From Euprymna scolopes (taxonomy: Eukaryota), in the NCBI GenBank assembly GCA_053919585.1, contig CM132795.1: 64,000 nucleotides of DNA; one strand, written 5' to 3'. Made by a program: the position numbers and the translations under genes. The first letter of the stretch is position 1; each line of letters opens with the position of its first letter. The notes beneath the pieces are model-generated. The model saw nothing but the letters and a program-made list of their open reading frames with translations. It searched no databases and was not told the DNA's origin. Shown here in pieces: positions 1 to 12,812 of this stretch.

Positions 1-3000
1 TATTTGCCTATAAACTGACAATTAGGTCGAAAGCTTGTAAGTCTCGATATAATATATCGACAAATAGTAGATATTGGTGGAAATATCATATTTATCACAA
101 ATTGGATAATGTATACTTAATTAAACACATTTGAATATTTTAGAAAAAACTTCAGAAAGATGATAGATGAGGCTTTTAAATAAATCTTTATTATTTTCAA
201 TTAAATATTCCTTAATTTCTAAATTTTAATGAATATTCCTTAACTTCTTGCTCATATTTCATTGTTTTCTCAGCAGAGGAAATACAAGATAGAATTCAGA
301 ATGCCCCTTTTTGAAAAAAAAAATAATACTGCGTTGTACAAGCCAGTGAATAATAAATATAAATAAATCATTATTTCACATTTACCTCTGTACATCTATT
401 GAGATAAGAATGAGCTCAGTATTTTAAATTTTCAAAAACAGAGAAAAATGCTAGCAGTGCAAGAAATATCTAACAGCAATGAAAAGCAATTTATTAAAAA
501 AAAAGCGATATTTATAAATAAACTTATTTTATCTCTTATACAAATTGTAAAATACTTCGCACCATGCTTTAGTGAGATAAAAAAATATAATAGGTTTCAT
601 ATGCATATATGAATACTGCATGTCAATCATATGATGAAAATTAAATTGATTTACCTGTGGATATTATGTTGAAGAGCCCCCTACAGAAATGTCGATTCAT
701 TAAATTATTTGCTGTTGAAACTATAAAGGCGTCTCTTTTGACTTTCCAAACAACTGCTCAGACAGACCCGCCTGGACTTGTCACCATAATATATATCTTC
801 CGTGAAAGCTTGCTAACTTCCCGTAATATACTATACCGAGGTCATTGCATTCAAAATTAGAACACGTGACTGTATTTTTTAAAGGCAAAAAGCATATGAA
901 TATAATCAATAAAAAATGCATTATCTTTACCTTGGGCATAAGTTTAATATAAGCATAAAAGAAAATATAGTTATCATCGGTGAATGTTAAATATTTTATT
1001 TTTATGAAATAATATAAAGTTGAAAAATCAGTAGTACAACAACAGACAGCAAGGTATTTGAATTGAACTCCTGTGCTGAAAAAACGAAAAATGATTTGGA
1101 AATCCTGAATCCTGAAAAGTGTTTCAACGTTACATTATGAATTATTCTTTGGATACATTATTACCTTATATCAGAAATTCCCTAACGATAAGTTGATGTA
1201 AATGGCTACCATGGATGCCAAAATGGTTTAGATTCGATCTGAAATCTCTTTTCTGATATATACATGTAACAATTGTAATGTTCATTCATCTAAGTTGTTG
1301 ACAAAGGATTTCTTACATGTGAAGAATCCATTTTACTCTAGGTTTCTTTTTAATTTTTAGAAGCATAACTAGTTTGGAAATTGGAGTAGCATAATCAGTA
1401 GGATAATATTATAATTTAAACGATTCACTTGCTTCATATTAATTATCCATACTTTTGTTTATTATTTTAACTTGTTAACACTGCTAAAATGCATAGAACG
1501 ACAACAATATTGACAATTTAATTATTTCTAATGCGTATATGTTTCAGATTAAATAAGTATTTGTATGAAATTTGCTCATTGTAACTAATAGCACTTACTT
1601 TAGCAGAAAACAACAAAGTTTCTTACTTCAATTCGATGTTTTAAGATATAGAAATTATTTTTTGTCAAAATAAATAATGAACGACACACGTGGCTAATGG
1701 ATAACATTTCAATTGTAATTAAATGAATTGTCATAATTGAAACGCAAACAAAGTTTTCGTTCGTATTTGCACAAACACATTAAAATACGAGATTAAAAAT
1801 TTTAAATTGCCAAATTTCAGAGTTTTCTGCCACTATTTCGTCTGACAACTGCTCTTGAACAAAACTTGAAAAATCAAAATTATTTAAAACTTTTTAGTTT
1901 TATATATTTTTAATCGATTGTGTTAAGTAAAATCTCCTAACATTTATAAATATTAAAAGTATAAACAAAATATTTCAACAAAATATTTAAACTTAAATAA
2001 ATGGTTGACTCATATAACCTACAGTTTAACCACTTATACTTTCTCAATGCGCTCTATATTAGATGATCTTTTTAATATTTAAAAATGATTAAAAACATGG
2101 ATACTATTTAAAAACAATAATTTTCATTTTGTCACATTTTCATACTTGCATATTCAACGAATTTTTTTAAATATTATGACGTCTCGATTCCCCGCAGTTT
2201 ATATTGTTTAATGTAACTGACTATTTAAAGGGCATTAAGTTGGAGGTTGTAATTTTGTATTTCTAATCTTATCAAAAACGAAATTAACTAAAAAAACATA
2301 TATTTTCTCTTTTTTATTGCGTATTTCAATTAATATTTTCAAACCTATATAGCTGTTGTTAGTTCTAACAATGGCATTGCTTGGGAGTCATTTGTTTAAG
2401 TTGTGTTTAGTAAAAGATTTTGATCGGAAAAGGAAGAAAAGCTAATAGGTGAAGTGAAGAAGTAATTTTATTTTAGTCATGACTAGCAAATAAATAGCGC
2501 AAACAAAAGCCCCCAATTTCTATCACATATACTTTTGCGAATCCTTATGAAAATAATAAGCTTTTCAAGCTTCGTTCAACTTACAAAATATAAAATCAAA
2601 ACATATTTATGAACTAATTGTTAAGTATTTAAGGAAGTGTATCAAACACTGTAAACCTCTTTCATCTAAAATAGTGATTCTTTATAATGTACGTGAATTT
2701 TTCAAACAAGTAATTAACAACTAAATTTTATAAGCTTAGTTACTTCTATTAGAGCCATTTTTATGAGATCATCTAGAAGAGATTAAAAGTAATTATTTTT
2801 TAATTGAACAATTATATTAATAGAAAACGAAAATATTAGTTGGTTTTCAATCCGATCACGGATTAATAAAATGATTTTATTCAGTCGATTTCAACATATG
2901 CAAATAAGATAAGCTAATCTAAATCCTAAGTTGAAGCTCCTTAATTTTTAATTAACCCACTAATATCATAAAGCATAGATTAAGAATAAACGATAAAGAT

Positions 3001-3248
3001 ACAAAATTAATTGCAATTGAATAATTGCTTTTTTAATCTACAGCTCTAGGGGATTATTTCGCTGTAGTTGTTATAGTAACAAAACGGTGTCTCTATATAC
3101 GATTAAGCCGGAATACGTTTTTTTAAAAAAAGATTATAATCATTGTAAAAGACTAATCGAGTATTTTGATAGTGTTTCGGAAATTCGTTGTAAATCTGTT
3201 CAAAATTGCATTTATAAGAAATATATATACGACATAATAACGTTGCCA

Positions 3249-3296
3249 CACCGAAGTTAAGAAACGTCGAGCCTGATCGGAGTCAGATGTGTGACC
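3249..3296 (+). pseudogene. 5S rRNA-derived fragment (internal control region; 5S pseudogene or SINE3-like remnant)
   Basis: CACCGAAGTTAAGAAACGTCGAGCCTGATCGGAGTCAGATGTGTGACC aligns by eye to the animal 5S rRNA segment CACCGAAGTTAAGCAACGTCG..CCTGGTTAGTACTTGGATGGGTGACC (box A to box C). The 5S termini are absent. Confidence 0.6.
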
Positions 3297-4846
3297 ATTA
3301 TGTTAATTCATGCAGAATGACGGCGGTACGTCTCTGCAATAACTGCAGAACTAACATTCTCAAAATTGTCTCTCACTATCGTGATATGTATACGATTGAA
3401 AATCGCTTGTGAATTTAATATTTCAGGTTAAATGGCGCATTAACAAACATTGCGATGCAAAGAATAATTTTACGATATTTTACAAAGGAATTATTCTTAT
3501 ATATATATATGATTGAAATATTTCAGCGATAAACAATGAGTTTCTTATTTTCTATATATTTCCTCATGTTATTCTGTTTCAAATCTGTAATGCGGCCGAC
3601 AATCTAAAGTCTAAAACGGTGTTTTAATGTCAAGATACAATCAACATATTTGCAACCTTTATTGGGGGTACATGAAACTTTATCCATATTGCTATTATGT
3701 CCTATTCATTTATAACTTTAATTGCCGTTAATGACAGTTATTTTATATTCCTTAATTTTGAAATATGGTTACGCCAGTGACATTAAACAATATAAAGTGC
3801 GGTTCATAGGAAAGTTGTGATATTATTACTTATTAAGGGAAAATTATTATAGTTTGTTAATCTGCGTAAGTAGTATTTTTTAAGATGTTGTTAAGTTTTA
3901 AAATTCCTTCATAGGATGTCATAATATTATCTGTATTCAATGCCTGATTAATAAGGCAATATAGGGAGTTACAAAAACAAACAAAAAACAATAAGTTTAT
4001 GATTTTGTCTATGTAACGTGATTTTGTGTGGAGTCACACAAGGCTTCGCATTACGCTCCAAATAAAGTAAGCTGAGATTCTATGTGCCTATGAAATGAAT
4101 AGGTTTTAGTGAAGCAAATATTGCGCAACTTTTCGTTATTGCTCATATCCAGTAGAAAGAGGAAGTGCTATAATAAGTAAAAGAACTGATGCCATTTCTT
4201 TCGTCAAGTCGAGCGTATCCTACGTTTTCGCACGTAGTAAATAAAAAAGAAAAGATGGAAACAATGACTGCATTCTTAACTTTGATAATCGGACAGAAAC
4301 CGTTATTTCCACGTAGTATAACCGTAAGATCCTTAGATGTGTGATGATACCCTTTTTTAAGAATTAATCAAGTATTATGATTTACCTGCTTCCTTATTTG
4401 AGCAAGCTATGATGAAAGTTTGAGTTTATTACGAGATGTAGAGGGTGGCGCCCCATCGACACTCATTGTCAGATAGCGAAAATTATTAAACTCTCCCTAT
4501 CTTCTTTACAAGGGTATCGTGCGACTGGCGATGCGTTTGCCATTTCATCTCTTGCGCAATGAAATCATCTTTTGTTTTGTTTCACATAATACAAAAACTG
4601 CTTCAAGTGCGAAAGAATCTGTTAATATAGATAACGTATACATTGTTTAACAGGAACACTAGAACAGAATAGGAAACCAAAAAAATGTATGAAAATCAAT
4701 GTGAGACAAAAGCATATAATGCTTTTATAATGATGTAACTTTAATCATTCATGACATGAAGAATTAGGAAAAAGCACATCTATTTCATGCACTTATCCAG
4801 ATTAAAGATTTAAACAGTAAAATACGGATTATCACAGTACATTAAT

Positions 4847-4881
<35 letters not shown>

Positions 4882-6089
4882 CCGATTCTGCGTTGTTATA
4901 AAGCAAATATCGATTTTACAAGAGTAATGCATGCTAAACATTAAGTTATTTCAATGTATTTGTGCCTAGATTAGATCGATGTGAATATTATAACGTGTTC
5001 GACAATGTCATCTTCTAAAGTTAATTAATGTTTTATAAATATCGTCGGAAACTTCTGTACAACAAGGATAGTTTCTTCGTAATTACCTCTTGTAAAGCTT
5101 AGTTTATGTACGAAAAATGAAATGAACCGTTTAATTATATTTTAAAGAGCATCTATCAGTTGTTTAAGGGACGATTTCAAACGAGACATTTTTTATAACT
5201 GTCTACATACACCATCAAAAGCAACGGAGATATATTTTAGAATCTAAAATACTTATATTTGGTTAATTCAGTGAATATGCGCATTTGATCCATTTATGTC
5301 TATGTGTTTGCTTATATATAATATTGTAATTCAAAGCCTTCCGGGAAACCGTATTATTCTAGTTTGTCATAAATATTTTAGTAAAGTTAAAAGCCAATTT
5401 AGATATTAATATCATGTGAATTAGAACAGTTAGTAAGGAAATAAGTTCGTAATTATGGTTATTGTCAGTCATCACAATTGATACAAATATATGCATCAGA
5501 CTTACACTCAACTTCTTACTGTCTTTCGCTTTAGTTGCTTACTAACAATAGTTGTTTGATCCAGTGTACTATTTAAGGAAATGACAGCTTTTATTTCTAG
5601 TGAATGGCGGCATTGTTCTTTTTAACAGATCCAGCCCTTACTAATTACAAATGACAAGTTATATGAATGGTTGGTTACACTTCTGCAATACCAGACTAAT
5701 AAATTGTGAAAACTTTAAACATTTAAAGTATAGACCTGCTATCAAATATTAAAAAAAATGTATAAACTAGGGGAACTGTCTACATGCACATCATTTTTCA
5801 TGCTTTCACCATTCAATGAAGACCTTAAGTCCTTATTAATTATAAATCACAATACCATTTTGATAGTAACAGCTAAATGTTCACAATCATGGTTTTAATC
5901 AAATCACAATATAAACACTGAGCGCTGATTTATTTTTGATGATGTATATTTTTAAACTAAATTGATATGTATTAAATAGATTTTAAACAAATGTGAGAAA
6001 TATGAATAATTACTGTCATAATTAAAGTAAATTAAATATTTTATTCATCCTTTCCTATATATATACACACACAAGCAAACTACCATCTA

Positions 6090-6140
<51 letters not shown>

Positions 6141-6141
<1 letters not shown>

Positions 6142-6283
6142 AGTAAGTTATAAATATATATGGCGTTTAGACTACACTGAATATTCCGCGTTTCATCCAC
6201 TTTAGGATTCTTCAGGATTATGAGTGGATGAAACGCGGAATATTCAGTGTAGCTTAAACGCCATATATATTTATAACTTACTA
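6141..6283. repeat. Near-perfect inverted repeat (61-bp arms, 21-nt loop) between two (AT)n tracts
   Basis: Arm 6141-6201 is the reverse complement of arm 6223-6283 with 2 mismatches. Confidence 0.93.
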
Positions 6284-6385
6284 ACTAGCCCTACCTACGT
6301 ATTGATTACTGTTAAAGTAAATACTTAATGATTACTCATAAATTTATAATTTCGTATATCAATTTTATGTGAGTAAATGAAGAAG

Positions 6386-6426
<41 letters not shown>

Positions 6427-9400
6427 ATATTAATTAATAGTTATTTCCTGTATTATTTTACTATATACCAATTATTAGTTAATAGCCTATAGAATATGCT
6501 AATTATTAATATATTTCCTATATAATTTTACAATATGCTAATTATGTTTATATTCCATATGTGGGGCAGCGTTAAAATTCAATTGGCGGTTTTATCAATT
6601 TGATATTACACGCGAGTAATATATGTATCTGCATGAATATGGGAAAATGTAACGAATAATGTTCAATATGCCTGGTTTATTGTACGTTACTGATTGTATT
6701 TTTATGTAACAAAATGGCGACACCGTGTAATTCCGTTAGTCTTCTTTATAAGTAATTACAATTGGTATACTCAAATTCGTATAACGGCACGGTAGAAAAT
6801 GATACCGGGACAATCTGAAAATATTTAATGTAAAGATAATCATTGCAGCTATTTAAATACACCTGGAAGAAATTGAATTATGACAAACAAAGAGTATTGG
6901 CAGTTTAAACCTGAAACCTGGCTGCAAAATATTTTTCGTAAATATTTCAAATTGGAAAGCATTTAATACAAACAAAACGAATTTTTCAAAATTTGCATTA
7001 AGACAAAAATTAAGGTTTTTGTCAATTAACGAAATTACACTAAAAAAGAATACAAGCAACAGTAAAAAAAAAAAAAAAAGTTTGATCAACTTGAATTCTT
7101 ATATGTTGAGACGCTAGCTCAACATGATCCGTTTGTTGAAACCAGCAGCGTATTGAGATCGGACTCTTTGGAGGGGCAATAATGAATCGAAATGCATGAG
7201 GATATTTTTTACAGACGGTAATGAATTTCGACCAAAATTGATTTCAAAGAAACCTCTTGAAGCAGACAGTGATGCGTAAAAAGGTCGGTGTCAGGTGGGG
7301 CAAGCTTTGTGGAGTGATAAGCACGCAAAATTGTAGATTTCCGCTATCAATTTTTGAAAGAGAATGCAAGAAGGATTTTTCTTCATAAAAGGAATCAATA
7401 AAATTTAATATTTTATGTTAACTTAATCACTGACTTACAATTAATTCATTTTTATTTATTTATTTCCTAAGAGTGAAAGTTCATGAGAATAGGTATGAAA
7501 CCATTATTGGAATCTGATTAGAGCTAAAGGAATGAATATTTAAAATACAAAAAGCAAGAGGCAAAATAAGCTTCAATTTAAGAAAATAAATGGCAGCGAC
7601 GAAAAAAAACAAGCATAAATGTAAAATGGAATGAATGATCCTACTAATACTATCTTGCACGCACAGATTATTCATATCGAATTTGAAGACGATTAATGAA
7701 TTCAATATTTTGGCGGTTCTAATTTAATATTCAACATAATAAATGCACATGCTATATATCACTAAGTTTACCAAATAATGCATGTAAATATATTTCCTAA
7801 CAGTGTTTGTGTATAATTGAGCTCAAAATATCTGATAAGATTTGAATCTGACATAGCAAATTTGATAGAATAATCACGCAACCCTTTATAGAATACATAT
7901 CCTATTAGGTAGTATTTTAATAGAACTGGCCATCCCTAAAAAGTATTTTACTATTTTTAATAACAGAAACAATTATTGGTCAGTGTGGAATTAATTTCGA
8001 ACTACCCCTTTCACATACGAAAACGATTTCCATGTTTGTTTCCCTTTGTTTGAATAGTAAAGAAAGGAAGAGGTTGCTTGTTCTAATTGGTGGGCATGTT
8101 TCTCAACGAGATTTAAGTTTTATAGGGGTCGCAGAATATAGGATACAAAACGCCAATTGTTTTAAAGTAAAATATGGTTTTTGCATGCATCCACTGAAAG
8201 CAGTTTAATGAGAATGTTAATGATGTTTTTTTTAGCCGTGCTGCTTTTTTATCAGTGTTCAAGCAAGTTGAAAGTATTCGAAAGTTGGGTATTTTAGTAA
8301 GAGCTTAATTCTTATTCTTGGCCATCGATTAGAAGCAAGCAAGACTAAGATTAGTAAATGAAATCAAACGAAAATCAAATATACAGAAGCGATAACCAAA
8401 AACGCGGGGTCAGAGAAAGAAAAACGTTACGAGATTGATAACTTGGATTGGATGTTTTGCAGTGAAATAGTTTTATTATAACAAGTGCTGCTTACACTGT
8501 TAGCTCCATAGCCCCGCAGCAAAGCCGTGGAGAGATAGAAGGGGAGGTAACTCGATAGTTCGGATCGGTTAAAGGAGGTAATAGACGTGAACTTCACACG
8601 AAACATGCAGAAATACTTTTGTAACAAAACGGTGTTCATACCGGTGCTGATCACTTTTCAATTAAGCCCGGATGTCTTTTACAATTACTTATTAAAGTCA
8701 CAGCCGGTGAAAAGTCAGAGAATGACTTTTTGGAAAGCACGTCAAGATTACTTAAAGGATTTTTAAAAATGTGTGGTTTCGAAGTTTTCGTTACACCTCT
8801 GCTAATATTTATTAATCGTGTTTTCTTTTCGTTCTTTAATTATTTAGATGAAAATAATAATTTTTGTGTTGTAAAGATCTGTAGTTCCTATGAGTTAAGA
8901 TAATTAATGTGAAGTCTTTTTTGCAAAATCTGTAGTAAAATATGGAATACTGTTAAGGCAGATTAATTAAATTATATCACCTTTTTGAACAAATCTTTTA
9001 TTACTTAGGACCATTGTTGATTTAGTTTTTATTTGTTTTTGTTCAATTTTAAGTCTATCTTAAAAACTTATTTATATATAAGAAAAAACTTATTCTTAAT
9101 CTCTCTCTCTCGCTTTCTTTTATTAACTCTTACATTCAATCTGTCTCACTTTCTTTTCCATTGATTCAACTTATATTTACGTTACTATTTTACTCGTTTT
9201 TATCTGTAAATTGTACAAAATATATTTTTTATTTATTTTTGTTTGTTTATTATTTTTAATCTCTATTATTTTAAAAATACTCAGAATTTAAAAGTTAAAA
9301 TTGCTTTCACAACTTTTATTCTGTCCTCCTTTTTGTATGCACTCTTTTGCTTTCTGTATGATCCACATTATATATATATTTCAGGAAGGGCTAAAAGTTT

Positions 9401-10383
9401 AGTTATTTTTTAAAATCCATTCGAAAACATTTGAACAATGAAAAGTCAATAATTGCAAAATCGAGCGGGACATTTTTAGCGTACAAAAGCTGACTGGTTT
9501 GAAGGGGATGGAAATAATGCTTGCGTCATAGCTTACAATAGAAAAACTAAGGAAATTCGTCATAGTGAAATGTTTGAATTTTTATTGCAAGGTGGAGGGC
9601 ATATAGGAAAATTGTTTCGAAAAGTGATAAGATTGTATGGTGAAGTACATTGTTGATATCTCTAACTCGGATGTTTTCGCCAAGCAAAAAAGCAACACGN
9701 NNNNNNNNNNNNNNNNNNNNNNNNNNNNNNNNNNNNNNNNNNNNNNNNNNNNNNNNNNNNNNNNNNNNNNNNNNNNNNNNNNNNNNNNNNNNNNNNNNNN
9801 NNNNNNNNNNNNNNNNNNNNNNNNNNNNNNNNNNNNNNNNNNNNNNNNNNNNNNNNNGACATAAATATACCCAAGTAGCATTGAATTGTTAATTAATGAT
9901 TTATATTTTGATCTATCGAATTTACCTCGCAGTTTCATTCAAATTTTGTTCGCATTGGATAATAATGCCAAGCAGTTATTGGTTGCTTCGGTCGAGTTGT
10001 TATATAAAAAAAGGGAAACAAGTCCCTTTTGCAAACGCAGAATCGCCATTTATAAAAGTAGGCAAAGAAGACTTCCGATCTCTTTTCGTTTTATTACAGG
10101 TGCTTTTATTTTGACCAATTGTTTTCTCTCGTTATAGATAAAAACAATTTGTCATCATACATGTATATATACATATATGTATATATAAATTAATAAGTAC
10201 ATACACATATACATACATGTGCATATTTCAAACTTTATATATATATATATATGCATGCATATGTATGTATACATATATACGCATACAATATATATACATA
10301 TAATATATTCATATAGATATGTATATACTTATGTGTGTATATATGCATATAAATGTATGTATATATGTATATACGTATATATT

Positions 10384-10423
<40 letters not shown>

Positions 10424-10742
10424 TGAGCCTGCGTGTGAGATTTTATTAGCTTAAGTCACATAAAGCTGAACATCTTGCAAGGCTTATGTCGGAAATTGAA
10501 GTTATTATTTATTCCTATACTATTTTTTGTCAGGTCATATGTACTTACGTGTGAAATGCGTCTACATATATATATATTTGTGTGTATGTTTATGTTTTGT
10601 AACTATATATACACAATTGAGAGAGAGAGATATGCGATTATATAGATATGTGTATGCAGATCAACTTAATCAAGGATATTAATCGTCATCACTGACTAAA
10701 ATGAAAAGTCATTTGAATAATAAAATGAGTGTACAATTTTTT

Positions 10743-10763
10743 TTTATTTTTGTCGATTTTATT
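10743..10763 (-). promoter_or_regulatory. Candidate polyadenylation signals for the NF60-type terminal exon
   Basis: Two minus-strand AATAAA hexamers (tttatt at 10743-10748 and 10758-10763), ~370-390 nt downstream of the stop. The AT-rich background makes chance occurrence likely. Confidence 0.35.
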
Positions 10764-11129
10764 GTTTGTAAATTGCGCATATGTTGTTGACTGACATATA
10801 TATATATATGGCATGCAAATATCTACAGTCCCATTGAGAAAAGCGGTATACATTAAACATTTGGTTTTACTAGGTAAAGAAAACTTTTTTTCAGCTTTGG
10901 CAAAATGCTTATAAAGCCTTGCCATTAATTGTTGCATGTTTTTCATTGATTTCGTAAAGTCACTTCAGTTGTTTTTCACATTTTTTTCAATATTTTGTAG
11001 TCGTAATAGCAATAATAAAAGTTGTTGTTTAAGTAAATATTGTCCAGAAGAAATGTTTATATTGGCTGTCATATTTTTCTCTCTCTCTTGCTTTTTTCAG
11101 AATTTGTTTGCCAAATAGTTTTGGGGCCT

Positions 11130-11230
11130 CTAATCCGATGAACCGATGGACTTTTTCTCCTCGCTCACTGTTCGGCGTTCCGAGGAGGACGAAGAGGAGG
11201 AAGAAGAAGTAGTAGTAGTAGTAGTTATTC
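11130..11230 (-). CDS. NF60: Terminal coding exon (NF60-type C-terminus)
   Basis: Not in the ORF track. Acceptor acatatttcAG|GA (phase 1, G|GA = Gly). Encodes ITTTTTTSSSSSSSSSERRTVSEEKKSIGSSD then TAG at 11130-11132, resembling the recalled squid NF60 C-terminus. Confidence 0.88.
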
Positions 11231-12702
11231 CTGAAATATGTAAATTATTTTAGGGTGTCAGAGGAGGAAGTTTACATTGATCTCTTCAAATAGCGAAACA
11301 TAAGTATAAGTAAGTATAAGGCAAAAGTTATGTAATAATAGGAACATTAACATGAGTTACAGGTGAAAGGTCAGTAGAGTAAGTTAGAGATGGATATAGA
11401 TATGTAAGAAAAAGACAAAGAGAAAGAGTGGCGTGCACAAATTTATCCCGAAAAGAAATAGCAGAAGTCATGCGATAAAATTTCGTTGGTTTAATAAAAA
11501 TATATGCATATGTAAAAGAAATAAGCTGTTTCTATTGTAGAAGCCAAATGTGCAAGTAACTACAAATATAAGATTAATATATATATGCATACACACACAC
11601 ATATATATATACACATACACATGTATATACGTTATATATACTGCTGTGTTTAAACTGTATATACATGTATATATAAATATATATGTATATGCATATATAT
11701 CTATGCATCTGGTGATTGCCACTCCTTTACAGAAGAAGACTATAAAGAAAAAGATTCCTAAGTAAATTAGATTTAACTAGATCATGTTTAAATACCGATA
11801 ATACTGTTAATATTAGTACTAAGCACAGATATTGATAGTAAGAAGAATGGCTCAGTAAATTAATATATAAATATATACATATTGGAATAAGTAAATTTAT
11901 AAGAATGAAGACATTTACAATAATGAATATATTTTACAATCAACGTTGCAAATAATAGACAGGGAAATGATGAAATGTGTTTGAATGATTCGTTTAGTAA
12001 ATTCCTTCTTTGTGTAGCTTTCATAGAAATATCACACTGAGAGACAGAGATAGAAAGAGAAAGGTGTTAGTAGATGTTACTTGAATCAGGAGTATACTTT
12101 TTCTTTTGTTCTCCGAACGCCAGGATCTTCGAGTGTTGAATATGTGAAGTCTTGACTATTTCCATCGTAAATAGTGTTATTTCTAATCTGACAATTAGCA
12201 TACACATACACATTGCTATGTATGCATACTGACACGAAGTATATACAAGATAAACATATAAAAAGTACATGCACATATATTGACATATACATTTATAGTT
12301 ATGATTAACTACACGCATACACACATGTATATATTGCCCATATTTTTTGTATATATATATATATATGTATGTATACGTAGACTACATTAAATTATATATC
12401 ACGTGTTTGTTCGCAGGAATATATACACATGATTTACTTGCAAGATTTTTTATATGCTATAAGCCCGTAATCTGTATATGTGCACTTTGGTGCATTTCTA
12501 TTTCAATAGAGTAATAAAATAGTATATAAGCATGTTATATATAAGTATATATGTAATGTATATATGCATGTATTTTGATATCTATCTGGCGTTGTATTCA
12601 GACGTACACTCGATTATAACGATTCATTAGCAGGAACATCGACTTTTGACTTATGGTCGTTAATTTTTGGTTGTTGTATTTTAGTTTTTGTCTAATACGC
12701 AC

Positions 12703-12812
12703 CACCTGTGGCTTCATAGCCGCCCTCCGACCTGGTCAGTATCGTAGACAGCACCTCTGCCTCGTTAGGTCTGGCTCCGACAACTTGTTCCACTATCTGC
12801 TTCATCCCAATT
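12703..12812 (-). CDS. NF60/NF70: Short alternative tail exon (NF60/NF70-type)
   Basis: Not in the ORF track. Acceptor gttgccaacAG|A (phase 2, AG|A = Arg) and donor G|GTGCGT (phase 1). 110 nt, encoding IGMKQIVEQVVGARPNEAEVLSTILTRSEGGYEATG, which matches my recollection of the start of the squid NF60/NF70 tail. Confidence 0.9.
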
